This document shows positions 35,857 to 48,390 of a stretch of 64,000 nt of DNA, in pieces. Every line of letters starts with the position of its first letter. The stretch's first letter is position 1. The notes below the pieces were generated by a model. The model had not been told where the DNA came from. It made no database searches and was given only the letters and a program-made list of their open reading frames with translations. The DNA is from Callorhinchus milii (Eukaryota). The stretch spans positions 8,184,001 through 8,248,000 of the forward strand of contig NW_024704756.1 of NCBI RefSeq assembly GCF_018977255.1. The letters are read 5' to 3'. A program made the position numbers and the translations under genes.

Positions 35857-37042
35857 TATATACTCATCACATTAAGAACAACATTTAGAAATTGTAATCC
35901 CACAGAACAGTGACAAAAGGTTTTCTCTTATATTACAGAGTGTACAATCTTTACAGCCACATGAAACACAAGTGTTTGATTATTCATCTAAGAGGCATTA
36001 CTAGATTAACATTCTGAATTGTAGAAGTATAACGTTTTGAATTCTCGAGCAACTGATTCTCATCTGGTGCAAAACAAAAAATTGACAACATTTGAAAAAC
36101 ACAAAAAACTACCACAACACAATGAATAAAGTTAAAAATTCACAAAGTGAACAACCATTTGATGTGTGAGCAGTAAACAGCTAAAAAACTATTTCCATCA
36201 TACCACTTCCTATACGTCATATGCATAACATTTCAAAACAAGATCTATATCCATTAAATAGCTCTGAACCAGCTTGTTTTGATTCATAAAGCACTTCCAT
36301 GTTATATAACTTATAAGATCCAAAGTATTTGCAAGGGATTGCATGTAATCACCACACATACCCTGTAATAAAAAGTAGTCCGACTCTCAACAGTATGGCA
36401 CCAATCCACACTGGCTGCGTACACTTGCTGTGGTATTAAAATACAAGGATGTAATGAACTGCAGCAATTGTAAGGAGTGAACAAAAAAACTTTTATCGCA
36501 CCTATTAAACTAGTCTTTTTATGAAGGCTTTTGGAACGGTGATCTGTACCTGCTAGACTAATTGTCACAAATCACTATTGGGGTTTATTTTTGATTAAAA
36601 AGTTAAAAATAGATGCTTCCAATGTCTGTTCCTGTAAATGGAATACTTATTAGGTCTAACAGTAAAATGAAAATAATTTTAAAGGGTTTAATTGTGAGTT
36701 TCATAGCATAGCTGTAGAATACAATATTTTGCAACTGCATGTGAATTAAACTCGAGTTACCTGAAATTGTTAAAGAACAGAAAACTCACTGAATGGCTTC
36801 ACAATTACGGCAACCTCAGAACACCTACTATTCAGATTGTATATAGAAATCAAAACATTGTACAACTGAACCCCCTCCCCAACTCTCATACCTTCTAAAA
36901 CTTATAATACAAAGAATGAAAGGTAGGTCGAGAAACAACACTCAAGTTGAGACCAGGAGAAACAGTTCACGAGCCATGCCAATTAACCGACAGTTATTAA
37001 TGAAGTCTTTACGTGTAAAACATTTTCTGCCTCCACATTACA

Positions 37043-38220
37043 TCACATGATAGCCTCTTTATGATGCCGCATTATGTGCTGGTTTTTCTCTGATGGCCTA
37101 CGGAAGCCTTTCTTGCAAAACTCACATCTGTGAGGGTAGTCTTTTGTATGAATGGATATTACATGGCGCTTGAAGCCTGAAGCATCTGTCGTGCTATACT
37201 CACAATATTCACACTGATAAACTTTCTTTCCACTGTGTGTCTTCATATGCTTCTTAAGATCACTCTGCTGTCGAAACTCTCTCTTGCACCTTTTACATTT
37301 GAAAGGAAGGTCCTTGGTGTGGACTGAAAGAATATGCCGACTAAGTATAAAAGGATCTGCAATTTTGAAATCACAGTGCCTGCACTGATGAAGCTTTTTA
37401 CCTTTGTGAGTTGACATGTGTTTCTTCAGCTCTGATGGGCGGTGAAATCCCTTATCGCACACCTCACATTTATGTGGGAATTCCTTGGTGTGCACAGATA
37501 TTATATGACGTTTAAGGTCACTGGAGTTGGAGCTTCTGTGGTCACAATGTGGGCACTGGTGGGTCCTATGTGCCTGAAATAAAGTGGCGTGCTTTTGCAG
37601 ATCCTTATCATCCAAAAATGTTTGAGGGCAGTGGTCACATTTGTATGGCAACTCATCACTGTGCTTGGTTTTCACATGGGTCTTCAGGTTAGAAGCGTCA
37701 GCAGACCTGTAGTCGCAGTACTGGCAGTGGTATGGCTTCTCTCCTGTGTGAGTCCGCATATGTTTCTTAAGTTCTGAAGGATGACGGAATCCCTTCCCAC
37801 ACTCCACGCAGATGTGTGGGAAATTCTTGCTGTGCACTGCCAACAGATGGCGATTGAGAAGCCCCTGTTCAGCTGTCTCATAATCACAAAACTTACACTT
37901 GTGCATTTTGGTGTCTTTGTCCCTATTGACTAGTTTATGAGGAGACAGTGCTCCCGTCTGAGTAAATCTTTTTCCAACGTCATTATACTCAAATGTCTTC
38001 TCTCCCTTGTTCATTAGCTTGTGACTCTCGAGGTGATTGTGGAAGCTTGCTTTTTTGTTTGTTGTGTAGTCACAGTCTGTGCACTGGTATTTCTTCTTGG
38101 TGGTCTGCTCAGGATGGTTTTTCATATGTCTTTTTAAGAAGCCCCTGGATTTGAACTTTTTCCCACAGATGTGACAGGGGTAAACAGTTATAGGCTGTCC
38201 ATCGGGCCCTATGATGACAG
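37043..38220 (-). CDS. ZNF711: ZNF711 zinc-finger exon: 13 finger positions (11 canonical, finger 3 degenerate, finger 7 atypical)
   Basis: [16 protein letters not shown] through RHHKEAIM*. Confidence 0.97.
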
Positions 38221-41200
38221 CTAGATTTAAAAATGAGAAGGAACAAAGGCAATTAATATTTGATCCATCCACATTTATTATGTTACACACTGTAGCCTTT
38301 TTGTAAACTGAAACTAATAATTATCTTGAACTTGCTCATGAAATTCTTTGGCTGTTTATCATTGAGAACAATATAAAATAAAGATAGTAAAAACACAATT
38401 CTGATTCTTTTCTCCAATTTTAATTCTAGTTGGAAAATAATATTCAGTTAATAATAATCCTTGCATTTGATATAGCGCTTTATCACGTCTTTGAGACGTC
38501 TCAAAGTGCTTCACAGAATATACTGTAAAGTGAATTTACTGTATATATTTTGTGGGCAAAATATATAAGGTAAATGGAATGGCACAGCGAGTAACTCAAT
38601 ACTGAGATAAGAAGGTTAGGTTAACATTTTGGATGCAACTCTTCAACAGAAATGGACTGAATGACTTGGAAAAATCTGTGTGTAAGACTGTAAAAGGAAA
38701 GTAGTACTTGACCAAGAAAAGAAAGGCATTAGAAAGCAGTCCAGAATCAAATGTTCTACTTGCACTCACACAGAGGCTGCTATGGGTTATCAACAGATTG
38801 TGAAATGCTGAAAACAAATAATAATAATAATCCTTGCATTTGTTATAGTGCTTTTCACGTCGGAAGGACGTCCCAAAGCGCTTCACAGAATATGCTGTAA
38901 AGTGAATTGACTGTATATATATTTGTGGGCGAACGCGGCAGCCAATTGCGCACAGCAATGTCCCCAAACAGTCGTAGATTGAAAATGACCAATTTATTAT
39001 TGTTTTTGTTTTTTGGAGGGATTATTATTAGGCTCTGTGTGGAGTAAGGAAACTTGCCCAAGGTTTCGCCCTGCCTGGAATTGAACTCAGGTCTGTCGCT
39101 TGCAAAGCGAGTGCTCTAACCACTGAGCTACAGGATTCCAGGACTACACGATGTATATACAGTTATATATATGTTACAAAGACAATCCTAGATACACATC
39201 AGGTCAGACCTCAGGGGCAAAATTACATAATGGGAGGGTATGTGCCTTATATACGGTTATGTAACAGTCGTGTGTGTGATATTTTATTTTTTTGCAAAAA
39301 TCATTCAGTAATTTCTGTGGAATGTGGATTATGCAAACAAAAAGAAGAATGCAAATATCTCTTATCAAGGAATCAAGGAAGAAGCTCAATAAACAATCTT
39401 TATAAAAAGAGGCAAGTTTTCTTTCTTCAACTTTGTTTTCTTAATAAAATTCAGTAATATTGCTGAGTAAACATCGATTCGTGATTTTGTATGCTCACTT
39501 CAAAACATTTTCTAACCTATCACTACATAAAAGTTATTGTCAGACTATTTTGTTTTCTCAATATTGGAAGGACTCAAGGTACCAAATGGAAGAAACATGG
39601 TTTAGTACTAAATTTAAGACTGTACTATAGGTCCTATTAAAGATGCAAATGCTCAAGTTAAATATTAAAACAAAATCCAAATCTCAGAAAATATAATGTT
39701 TCTAATGCACAGCTACGAAATATCTCGTAGCTTTTGACGGACAGCTACACTCACCTGTATGCCACTGCCTGCTTTCGTTTCTCCTCTTCTTCCTGCCCTT
39801 TTGCTTTAACACTCTGGCAGTACTTGTGCTGTCACTTATTTGTAGGAACTGACTCGATGTACCATTCTTATTTTCTCTCTTTGCCTCAAAATTATTACCT
39901 TCAACAAAGCAATAAGATGAAATTCAACATTTTTGCCCATCCTGCAGACATTTTGCGAATTGGACCAAAGAACAACAGCAAAGTACAGAAATAGAGATTC
40001 AAATAAAGCCATAGCTACGATTCAATTCTAATACTGAGGAGTGAAAGTGTAATCCGATTATTCATGCGCAGTGTAGATTATTGATTAAATCAGATTTTAT
40101 ACGATTTGTCCAATTTGACTGCAACTCAGACTTTGCACAGGTCATACTAAATGTTATGATCTATATGAGTTTTACTATATAACCACCTTTCACATTGGGA
40201 AGTTGCCTCAAAATGCTTCACACAGCTGACTGGGAGCTGACCAAGCACAGAACAGAATCTTGCTCATTGCTCAGCTGTACAGCTAAACAACACAATCACG
40301 TAGCTTATTTATTACAAATATTATGTGCGTTGATTTAGTCAGCACCCATTAACTGTTAAGTATTTTCACTTGCTGATAATCTTTTCAGAAGCACCAAAGT
40401 ATTAGATTTCTAAATACTTTCCCAAGTTATTTTTAAAACAATAAGAAAAAACCAATAAATCAAAACTGTTACAAGTTTTTTTTTTACCGTATGCAGCAGC
40501 CCATGCAACTGGTACAAAGGCTTTACTGATGCCAGAATCCTCAATCTGTGTCTCATGAACAGTTGTTGCTTCTTCATCTCCTACGATGACCTCCATGTAA
40601 ACCTCGTCGGCAATATCAGCACAGTCTGAATAATCAAACATCATTACTGAAGCAATTTTTTAATCCAAACGGAATTATTAGCAATCTTGGAGGTTTGCTT
40701 TATATTGTTTTACAAAAAGAATCAGCAAATGTTACAAAAAATACTTATTTCCTGAAATAAACTCGAGACATATAGGTTCAGATAAAACTATGCACAAACA
40801 TTAACACTGCCATAACATGCGCAGGGCACCATATACTGTACATTAATCACGCTTACAATAGTGTTACTTCTTTATTGTGAAAAATCACTGAACCAAACCT
40901 ACTAAAGATTGTTGGGAATCTAGAGAGGACTGTGCTGGTAAGTAATCTGGAAAAATGTACTACTTCTGAAGTTGCCTTCAATAAGCACTAAAATGGAACA
41001 ATAGATAAATATCTTACTGATGTCATCTTCTTGGGATGGATCTTTCACTGCCATGTAAACCATCTTTTCCCGAGTTACTCTACCAACATTCCCTTGGTCA
41101 AGTACTCCAGCTATAGCATGACCATTTTGATAATCACTTTCAGTGATAACTTCTGTTTCACCTTAAAAACAAACAAAAAGCTTTCAATGGAACAACTTGG

Positions 41201-44200
41201 AATTATTTTTAAAAATAAAAATTTAAAAATCCAATAATTATGCTTTGGACAATTTTAACAAATGATTTCACCCGTACTGAAATCGTTCCACATGATTGTC
41301 GACAGGCACCAATGTATTAAAAAAAATCTCTGGGGATTACAGGCTTATTGTTTAATTACTGCTTGTTAAAATTGTGTCCATCACAAAAAACAATTTGGTT
41401 GTTAAGTTCACAAATGTTATCCCCATCACCAACCACAGCAACAAAACTTCAACCATCAGATGCTTCCCAACCTATTTAGTCAATATCCCAGTAAGGTAAT
41501 GAAAACTTTACATTTCACGTACCATTGGTTGGAGACAAAGCTCACAGTGTTGCTAAATTGGTTTGTTAAAATCCCATGGACGGTAAAGGTATTTTCAATG
41601 TCCATGTAATTTCATAATATTGAAAATGAAACAACGAAAAACATAAAACTAACTTTTATAAGTTTTATAACTAACTTTTATACAAAATGTCAATTGACCA
41701 CTGCTATTGTGAAGTGATCCAACGATGTCAGTGAGTTTAATTGGAATACAAGTCTCTTCATTACAAACATTCAATTAAGTTATAAAGTTCAAATAGGATT
41801 TATTTTAAAATCCTTGTTTAAATGCACAGCTGTTTAGAACAGCATAATAGGCCAGGTGTTATTCAGGCAAAATGAACTTTTGTTGTTTAATCTGACTTTA
41901 CATCAAGAAATGGTTGCTGCAGCATTGTCATCAGATACAGTAGATGTGTATTGTGACTAGGTGAGGCAGATATATGTTAAGAATATAAAATCACAAAGCA
42001 AAAGCGTTTACCTATTTCCACATCATCTTCTGGTTCTGCTTTAAAAATGTACACTTTGATGACCTCAGGTCCATACCCATCATCTTTTGAGGAATCATCT
42101 TGCTCAACGTCAGTGCTTATTTTAATTGGTGTGTTTCCCATGTGGTCCAACTTCTCTCCAACATCATCCACTGTATAAAATGAACATTTAATTGTAAACT
42201 TGAGTTCTAGCACATCAGATGTATTCTCAACAATCCCTGACATCACATATACTTCAAAATACTAGATTTAATTGAAATTCTTAAGACCCTTTGCCTGCTG
42301 TTTTGGGTAGTAATGAAGATTCAGGGCATCAAAGTACTTGTAAAAGACTTTCATGTTGGTTTCATTCCCTTCTCAAAAAAGTTTTGTTACTAACTGCAAT
42401 CTAATTTTCACTAGCTTGATTTTGAGTTCTTTGACTGTTCTCGTTTTCTTTCCCAGGGTCTTGCAGCACTCAAAGCTTTGAAGCAATTACAAATATTTGT
42501 ATTTATTAGTTGGAGTACACAGCTACAATTTCAAAAGGACTTGATATTAAGGCTGATAAAGATTGAGTGCTGATGATGTCATGACAACTATCTTGTATGA
42601 CTGCTATAAAGAAGCATAATGGTCAGTAGATAGTCATTAGTCAGGTGATTTGTTGAGTTTTGTAAAGCTACTTATGTTGTTTTACCTAAATTGGGACTAA
42701 AATGCATTTTACTTTTGAAACAATTTAAATTATAGTTATTTTAAAAGTTTATGTTAATGGGCTGCAGCTCATGGAGTGGGTTACATGGTCTGTTGGCAGG
42801 CATGTTTGACTTTCCTTTCCGATTTCCCTCTACGCATAGGAAGACACAACAGCCTCCGCTCAGTGTCTCGCCAGGAACTCAGTTATCCCATCATAGTAGG
42901 TGCTGCCATGAGAGGCTTGTTGTTTCCTCACAGGAAGGAACAATCAGAGGATGTCACTCCAGGCTGCTCCTACTCACCTCCCAGTGGCCAGACCAAGTAC
43001 GTAGGTCTTGGTCTGGCTGGGAGCATGTGACCCACACTTTCTTGATTAGGGACTGATGTAAGAGATCTAAAGAGAAAAAAAAGTAAACCACTTAAGTGGG
43101 GAGCAATAAATAAAAAAAGTGCAAAAAAATGTGAAACTGGACAATTCTTGCCAATGAACTTCCAATAAGTAAATATTCCTGTCATTTGAATCCAACTATG
43201 TGACAAACACCTTAATCCTTTCAAAGTATTCAACTACTGTGCAGTACCGTGTAGCATATAATCCACAAGGCAACCTATTTATTGCATCTACACAAATTGC
43301 TTGCTCTTATGATTTAGATCATCTGAATGTCTTGCCTGTATGACTGTCGCGCCTAATCCTATGATGCCCATCTATTAATGTATTTGCATTCTACAAATAT
43401 ACAAAAAGAAACAGAAGCCTATTTTGTGAGTGTATAATTGTTACATATGCCATAAACGGATGGTAAATCAGCCTAATAGACATAAAATTGGAAAGAAACA
43501 ATTCTAAGATCCCAACATTAATATAAACAGAATAACTTTCTTAATTTCCACTTACAGGATATCATTAAGTAATCTTCAGATGTATCTTTTCCATCTATAT
43601 GAGTTGCAATTGTCATAGCTGGACAAGAAACAGTCTCTTGACTTTGAATTAAATCGTGAGTTTGGATTACAGTCTCTGACACAGCATCTGCTTCCATAAC
43701 TTCCTCCGATACCATCCCTGGTGAAAGAACATTTGCAACCGAATCCTGAACCACATGTTCAAACTGTTCCTCATCCTGCACGGAAACAAGGTCTGATACC
43801 AGCACTTGATCTGGAACTCCAACTGTCTCGGTTATAAGATCTGAAGCCAGAACTTGGTCAGGAACTGAAGTAGTGTCCAAGTCTTCTTCAATGGCAACAT
43901 CAGTCTCTAATACTGAATCAGAAACAATCACCGCTTCTGTAACAACATCACTTTCAGTTATGATATCTGGACCCTGAACAACTTCATGAACATTAGTCGT
44001 TAGCTCATGTTCCAGTGTAACATCTTCCCCAGCAACATCAGAGACCAGCACTGCTTCAGGCACGGTTACAATAATGTGATCACCATCGATGTGAGCTGCA
44101 CCAGCCATCCCCGTCACTGCAAAATAAACCAAGAGATTAAGACTGTGCCGATTAGTAAAACATTCTGTCAGTTCAGATATCTAATTATCCTTCTGCTAGC

Positions 44201-44722
44201 ATCAGGTTATCTGTCCATGACATGCAGGTTCATCTGACACAATATTACAGGTCATGTTGTACAGATGACTACTGATAATGCTGCATTGACAAGACAGACT
44301 GAAGTATAGGCTTGACCTTAAGATGGTTCATGCTGTTTGTCTGATCTATTACAGCTCTGAGGCTGGACCAATTGAATACCCACCCTTCAAGGTTGTTTCA
44401 CCATTCACTGAAATTCAATTGCACTCCTTAAAATAGTTGCACTACAGAGTTTATGTGAACCTGATACAAACTTCCAGTTATGCAGTATTTCAGATATAGT
44501 AATACTTACTTCCTAGTTGCACTATAATCTTCCAATAATCTTCTCTTAACTTTCTGACATCCTCTCTACAGACTGCCATGTTGATAAATTTTCAAGCTGT
44601 ACCACAAACAACTGCTAAATAAGAAATAAAACAAACTACCTACCAAAGTCCTGCATAATCATAGCATGTGAGATTTTTGAATCCTGTGATTGAAGCTCAA
44701 GGCCTCCCCCACCTTGATCCAT
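37043..44722 (-). CDS. ZNF711: Zinc finger protein 711 (ZFX/ZFY family), complete spliced CDS, 800 aa
   Basis: Exons 44722-44644, 44116-43556, 42170-42012, 41161-41018, 40625-40488, 39898-39755, 38220-37043 total 2403 nt, with all introns phase 1 GT-AG. Acidic activation domain, basic NLS, then a C2H2 array. ZNF711-type features: [17 protein letters not shown], degenerate finger 3, C-terminus RHHKEAIM, and adjacency to POF1B. Confidence 0.96.
38449..38560 (-). mobile_element. SINE 3' fragment in ZNF711 last intron
   Basis: Tail with ACGTCT-CAA-AGACGT hairpin. Confidence 0.82.
38818..39139 (-). mobile_element. SINE, full length, in ZNF711 last intron
   Basis: Near-identical to the young copies. 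Confidence 0.93.
39755..39898 (-). CDS. ZNF711: ZNF711 NLS exon (...[19 protein letters not shown])
   Basis: 144 nt, CAG|GTGAGT donor. Confidence 0.93.
40488..40625 (-). CDS. ZNF711: ZNF711 exon ([18 protein letters not shown]...VAWAAAY)
   Basis: 138 nt, canonical splice sites. Confidence 0.93.
41018..41161 (-). CDS. ZNF711: ZNF711 exon ([10 protein letters not shown]...[18 protein letters not shown])
   Basis: 144 nt, canonical splice sites; translated by hand because it is absent from the ORF track. Confidence 0.93.
42012..42170 (-). CDS. ZNF711: ZNF711 exon ([14 protein letters not shown]...[18 protein letters not shown])
   Basis: 159 nt, canonical splice sites. Confidence 0.95.
43556..44116 (-). 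CDS. ZNF711: ZNF711 large acidic-domain exon
   Basis: 561 nt; [16 protein letters not shown]...SEDYLMIS. Confidence 0.95.
44644..44722 (-). CDS. ZNF711: ZNF711 first coding exon ([26 protein letters not shown]); exon begins at 44748
   Basis: Strong Kozak context atcATGg; gtttag acceptor, G|GTAGGT donor. Confidence 0.92.
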
Positions 44723-45364
44723 GATGTGCAGCTCATCAGTGTAGGCGTCTAAACAACAACAACAAAAATTGTAATTTGTTTTGATTAAAGTAACAAAGTG
44801 TTTTTAATGTTTGTAGTTAAGAGATTTTGTTTCCAAATTAACTAAATTTTTAATGAATACAACAGCTGCTATTTTTTTCAGTGACAAATTCAAGTTTTTG
44901 AATTGTTTCTATTCACAGAGAATACAGTAATAAGGAATGCTCCAATAGTTAGGTTCATAGTTCCATAGTTTCCATTTAATTGATACCTTAGATATCCATA
45001 TAAATCCCTAGTTTGACAAGAAATGAAAATGTATTGAAAATGTCATTTCACCAGGGTTTTAAAGTTTTCATTATGATGCTTTTGCAACAAGGCCCCAAAT
45101 TATCAAAGCAGATTACTTTATACTTAATTTAAAATAATACTACCCCCTTTATTCTCTTTCATTCATTCATTCATTCATTTATTTAACCCAACAGTTATAA
45201 ATTAAGAGTTTTAGGATTTTGAGCTCTGGCTCCAAAATGAAATAGATCTGCTTATAGTGTTATCAATGGGCTGGAGAAGGGGAGAAAAGGGAATTGACAG
45301 AAGTAATACCTGTACCTAGCAAGCCTCTTTTGCTTGGTGTCTGACCCGTTCCTTACAAAGGTAT

Positions 45365-45660
45365 TATAATAATAATCCTTGCATTTTATATGGAGCTTTA
45401 TCACGACTTTGAGACGTCTCAAAACGTTTCACAGAATATACTTTAAAGTGAATTGACTGTGTATTTTATGGGTGAAACTCGGCAGCTAATTGAGTACAGC
45501 AGTGTCCCGCAAACAATCATGGATTGAGTGATCAAATTACATGTTTTTTTTAAAAAAAGGATTATTACCCCCGGAAAAAAAATCTGCCAATCAACTAATA
45601 ACCAGGTTCCTATTTACTGCTAGGTAAATAAAGGCATGTGGAGTAAGGAAACTTGCCCAA
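45365..45660 (-). mobile_element. SINE, older long subfamily, headless
   Basis: Contains an extra internal block at about 45568-45631. Confidence 0.85.
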
Positions 45661-47414
45661 TAATAAGCTCAATGTTCCACGCTTTGCCCGCTCCTCCATA
45701 CATATATGGTGCCATATAAATGTTGTTGTAAATACTGTAGTTTTGTACTTGTGCACCAACTACTCAATTTCATCTGAATCAGCTGTTAAAGGAAGCAATC
45801 ACCCAGTACTGCATTGAAACCCACAAAAGTAGTATGCTAGATTTTTATATTTTTAATTCGTTTCTACAGGAACTAATTTGAATATAATCAGCATTTTGAC
45901 ATTATTATTTCATCTCTCAATACCCACCATTTTAAACATATCTGAAGCAGATAAGTTTTTTTTAAAAATCACAGGATCTTCCAACCTAAGTATACAATGA
46001 TTTACAAGTAAATTACAGAATTAGCAAGACGTTTTAAAGATATGGCTAGATAAAAAAAATTACAATTCACAAATATTTCCTGTATGCAAATCAAAACCAC
46101 ACTAACCATTTCAATTTTCTACGCTGTGCTGTGAGTGCAGTACTCCTGCCATAAAGTGCCAAATATGGAAAATTTACAATCATAGTACTGCAACTACAGG
46201 TTCCTATACAGAAGTGAAATGGTAAGGTTAGTTTTATTTAGACCCAGCTGTCAACAGCAAATGTTAAGAAAAATAATATATGCTGAATTTGTTTATTAGC
46301 TCTGGGACTCTGTTGATGCATACTAAGGAACATTGGGGCTTTGGCTTTGTAGATCCATTCTTTACATGGAAGAGCAAAATGAACCTAGAAATGAGTTCCT
46401 ACATGAAACATTAATCATTAGACATTTTTGCAATATTTCTTTGTAAATTAATACTCTTGGTTGCATTGAATCAGCAGAACAACAGGTCACAAGTTTAGGA
46501 ATGCAAGGGACAATTTCATGACACACACCATGAAATATTCCTTTAACCGGTGAGTATATTTCTTTAATCAGTGCGAAATTAACAAATAGAATTGTTTACC
46601 CAGAAGGGTAGTTGAGGAGAACACATTTAAGAAACAGCTTGATACTGTGATGGAAGGACGGGAGGATATTCTGGAAGGATAAGATCAAGTGAGCCATTGA
46701 GGCTTCTTCATCTGAATCTCTCTTGTGAAATCAATTAAGCTCATTCAGTTCTTTGGCTCCCAAAACTATTTCTGTAAAAAATAACTTCACGTGATAAAAG
46801 CAAAGAATCTTTTGGCATCAAGAATTTATTTAGAAATTGAATGGCTGGGAATAAAGCATAAAATGAGGATACTGAAATGATACTTGGCCCATTGCACATG
46901 CAACACTTGGCATTGGTCCAAATTTTAAGCCGTCGATGAAAATCACTTATAGAAACAGGGAATATTCAATTAATTTGATGTTTTAATCAATTTACATATA
47001 CCAACTTTTTCCACTGTGGTTCTTAAAAATTGTATTTTTAGCAACCCAGAGAATGAGGCTGCTTCAAAACAAAACACTCACTTTAAATGCTATGAACTAT
47101 GCAGAAATCAATGGATTCTTTGGAACATATTTTCATGCTATTAGCAAAGCTTAACTTGTACAAAATATCCTTCTTAGGCACTCATTGACAAAAACATTAC
47201 AGTATTCTTACAAGGTTAAAAATGCACTGTAAGTTAATATAATGATTAAACTACCACAGTGCCTTCTTTAATAATATTGAAAATTCATAGTTATAGTGAA
47301 AACAACATCAATTCAACAAGGCACAACTACAATCTCATCACTTTTATCAGCTTGTTGTACAAGGTGAATGGAGCTAAAAAAAAAGGATCCACGGGAAGGA
47401 AGCAATGTTGTTCG

Positions 47415-47810
47415 AATACATTACAATATATAGCACAGAAACAGGCCATTCGGCCCAACTGGTCTACGCCGGTGTTTATGCTCCACATGAGCCTCCTCCT
47501 GCCCTTCCTCAACTAAGCCTTCAAGCATAACCTTTAATTCCTTTCTCCCTCATGTACCTATCTAGCTTTCCCTTAAATACATCTATGCTATTTGCCTCAA
47601 CAACTCCTTGCGGTAGCATGTTCCACATTCTCACTACTTTCTCTGTGAAGAGATTTCTTCTAACTTCCTTATTTGATCTATATGTGACTATTCTATATTG
47701 ATGGCCCCTTGTTTTGGTCTCCCCCACAAGTGGAAACATTTTCCCTAAGTCTACCCTATCAAAACCTTTCATAATTTTAAAGACCTCTATCAGATCACCC
47801 CATACCCTCC
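47415..47810 (-). mobile_element. CR1 LINE 3' fragment
   Basis: GDLIEVFKIMKGFDRVD...TRGH...VVRMWNMLP...FKGKLD. Confidence 0.9.
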
Positions 47811-48162
47811 TCGTTGTAAGCAATAGAAATACTGTATTAACGGATATTTGTGCAGGATTTGAATATTTCACATTGCTCCGAAAGAAGTCTACTGCAATTT
47901 GCCACAACACTTCAAATGAAAACAATATGCAATTTTTTTTTAAATCAGCACAATTTATTGAGTCATCTCATTTTGATATAGTTGCATCAAGAGGATTTCA
48001 GAAGGAGTGACCTCCCCCTCGCAACAACAGCAACTTGGAAAGTCACACAATACTCTAGAAAAGTCACTGAATCAGCACAAGCGACATCCTCCTGCTTCAA
48101 CCAAAGGTGGTGGCTAATGCTGTTGATCACTGAGCATCAGGGCAGTCACATAAACTTGCCTG

Positions 48163-48390
48163 TAATAATAATCCTTGCAATTTGATATCGCCCCTTATCA
48201 CCTCGTTGAGACAGGTGATAAGGGCCGATAGACAGGACATACTGTAAAGTTGTAGAGTATCTTGGCTGCCACATTTCGTCTACAAAACACATATGTCAAT
48301 CCGCTTTACAGTACATCCTGTGAAGCGCTTTGAGACGTCTCAACGATATGATAAGGCACTATATCAAATGCAAGGCTTATTAGTATCATC
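48163..48390. mobile_element. Two SINE 3' fragments in inverted orientation
   Basis: Minus-strand tail at 48163-48250, plus-strand tail at about 48262-48390. Confidence 0.78.

Noticed and set aside
39780-39797. GRKKRR, identical to the HIV Tat basic motif
   Set aside because: Coincidental variant of the conserved ZFX-family NLS
37043-44722. Calling the gene ZFX/ZFY
   Set aside because: The N-terminal peptide, degenerate fingers 3 and 7, the C-terminus and POF1B synteny all indicate ZNF711
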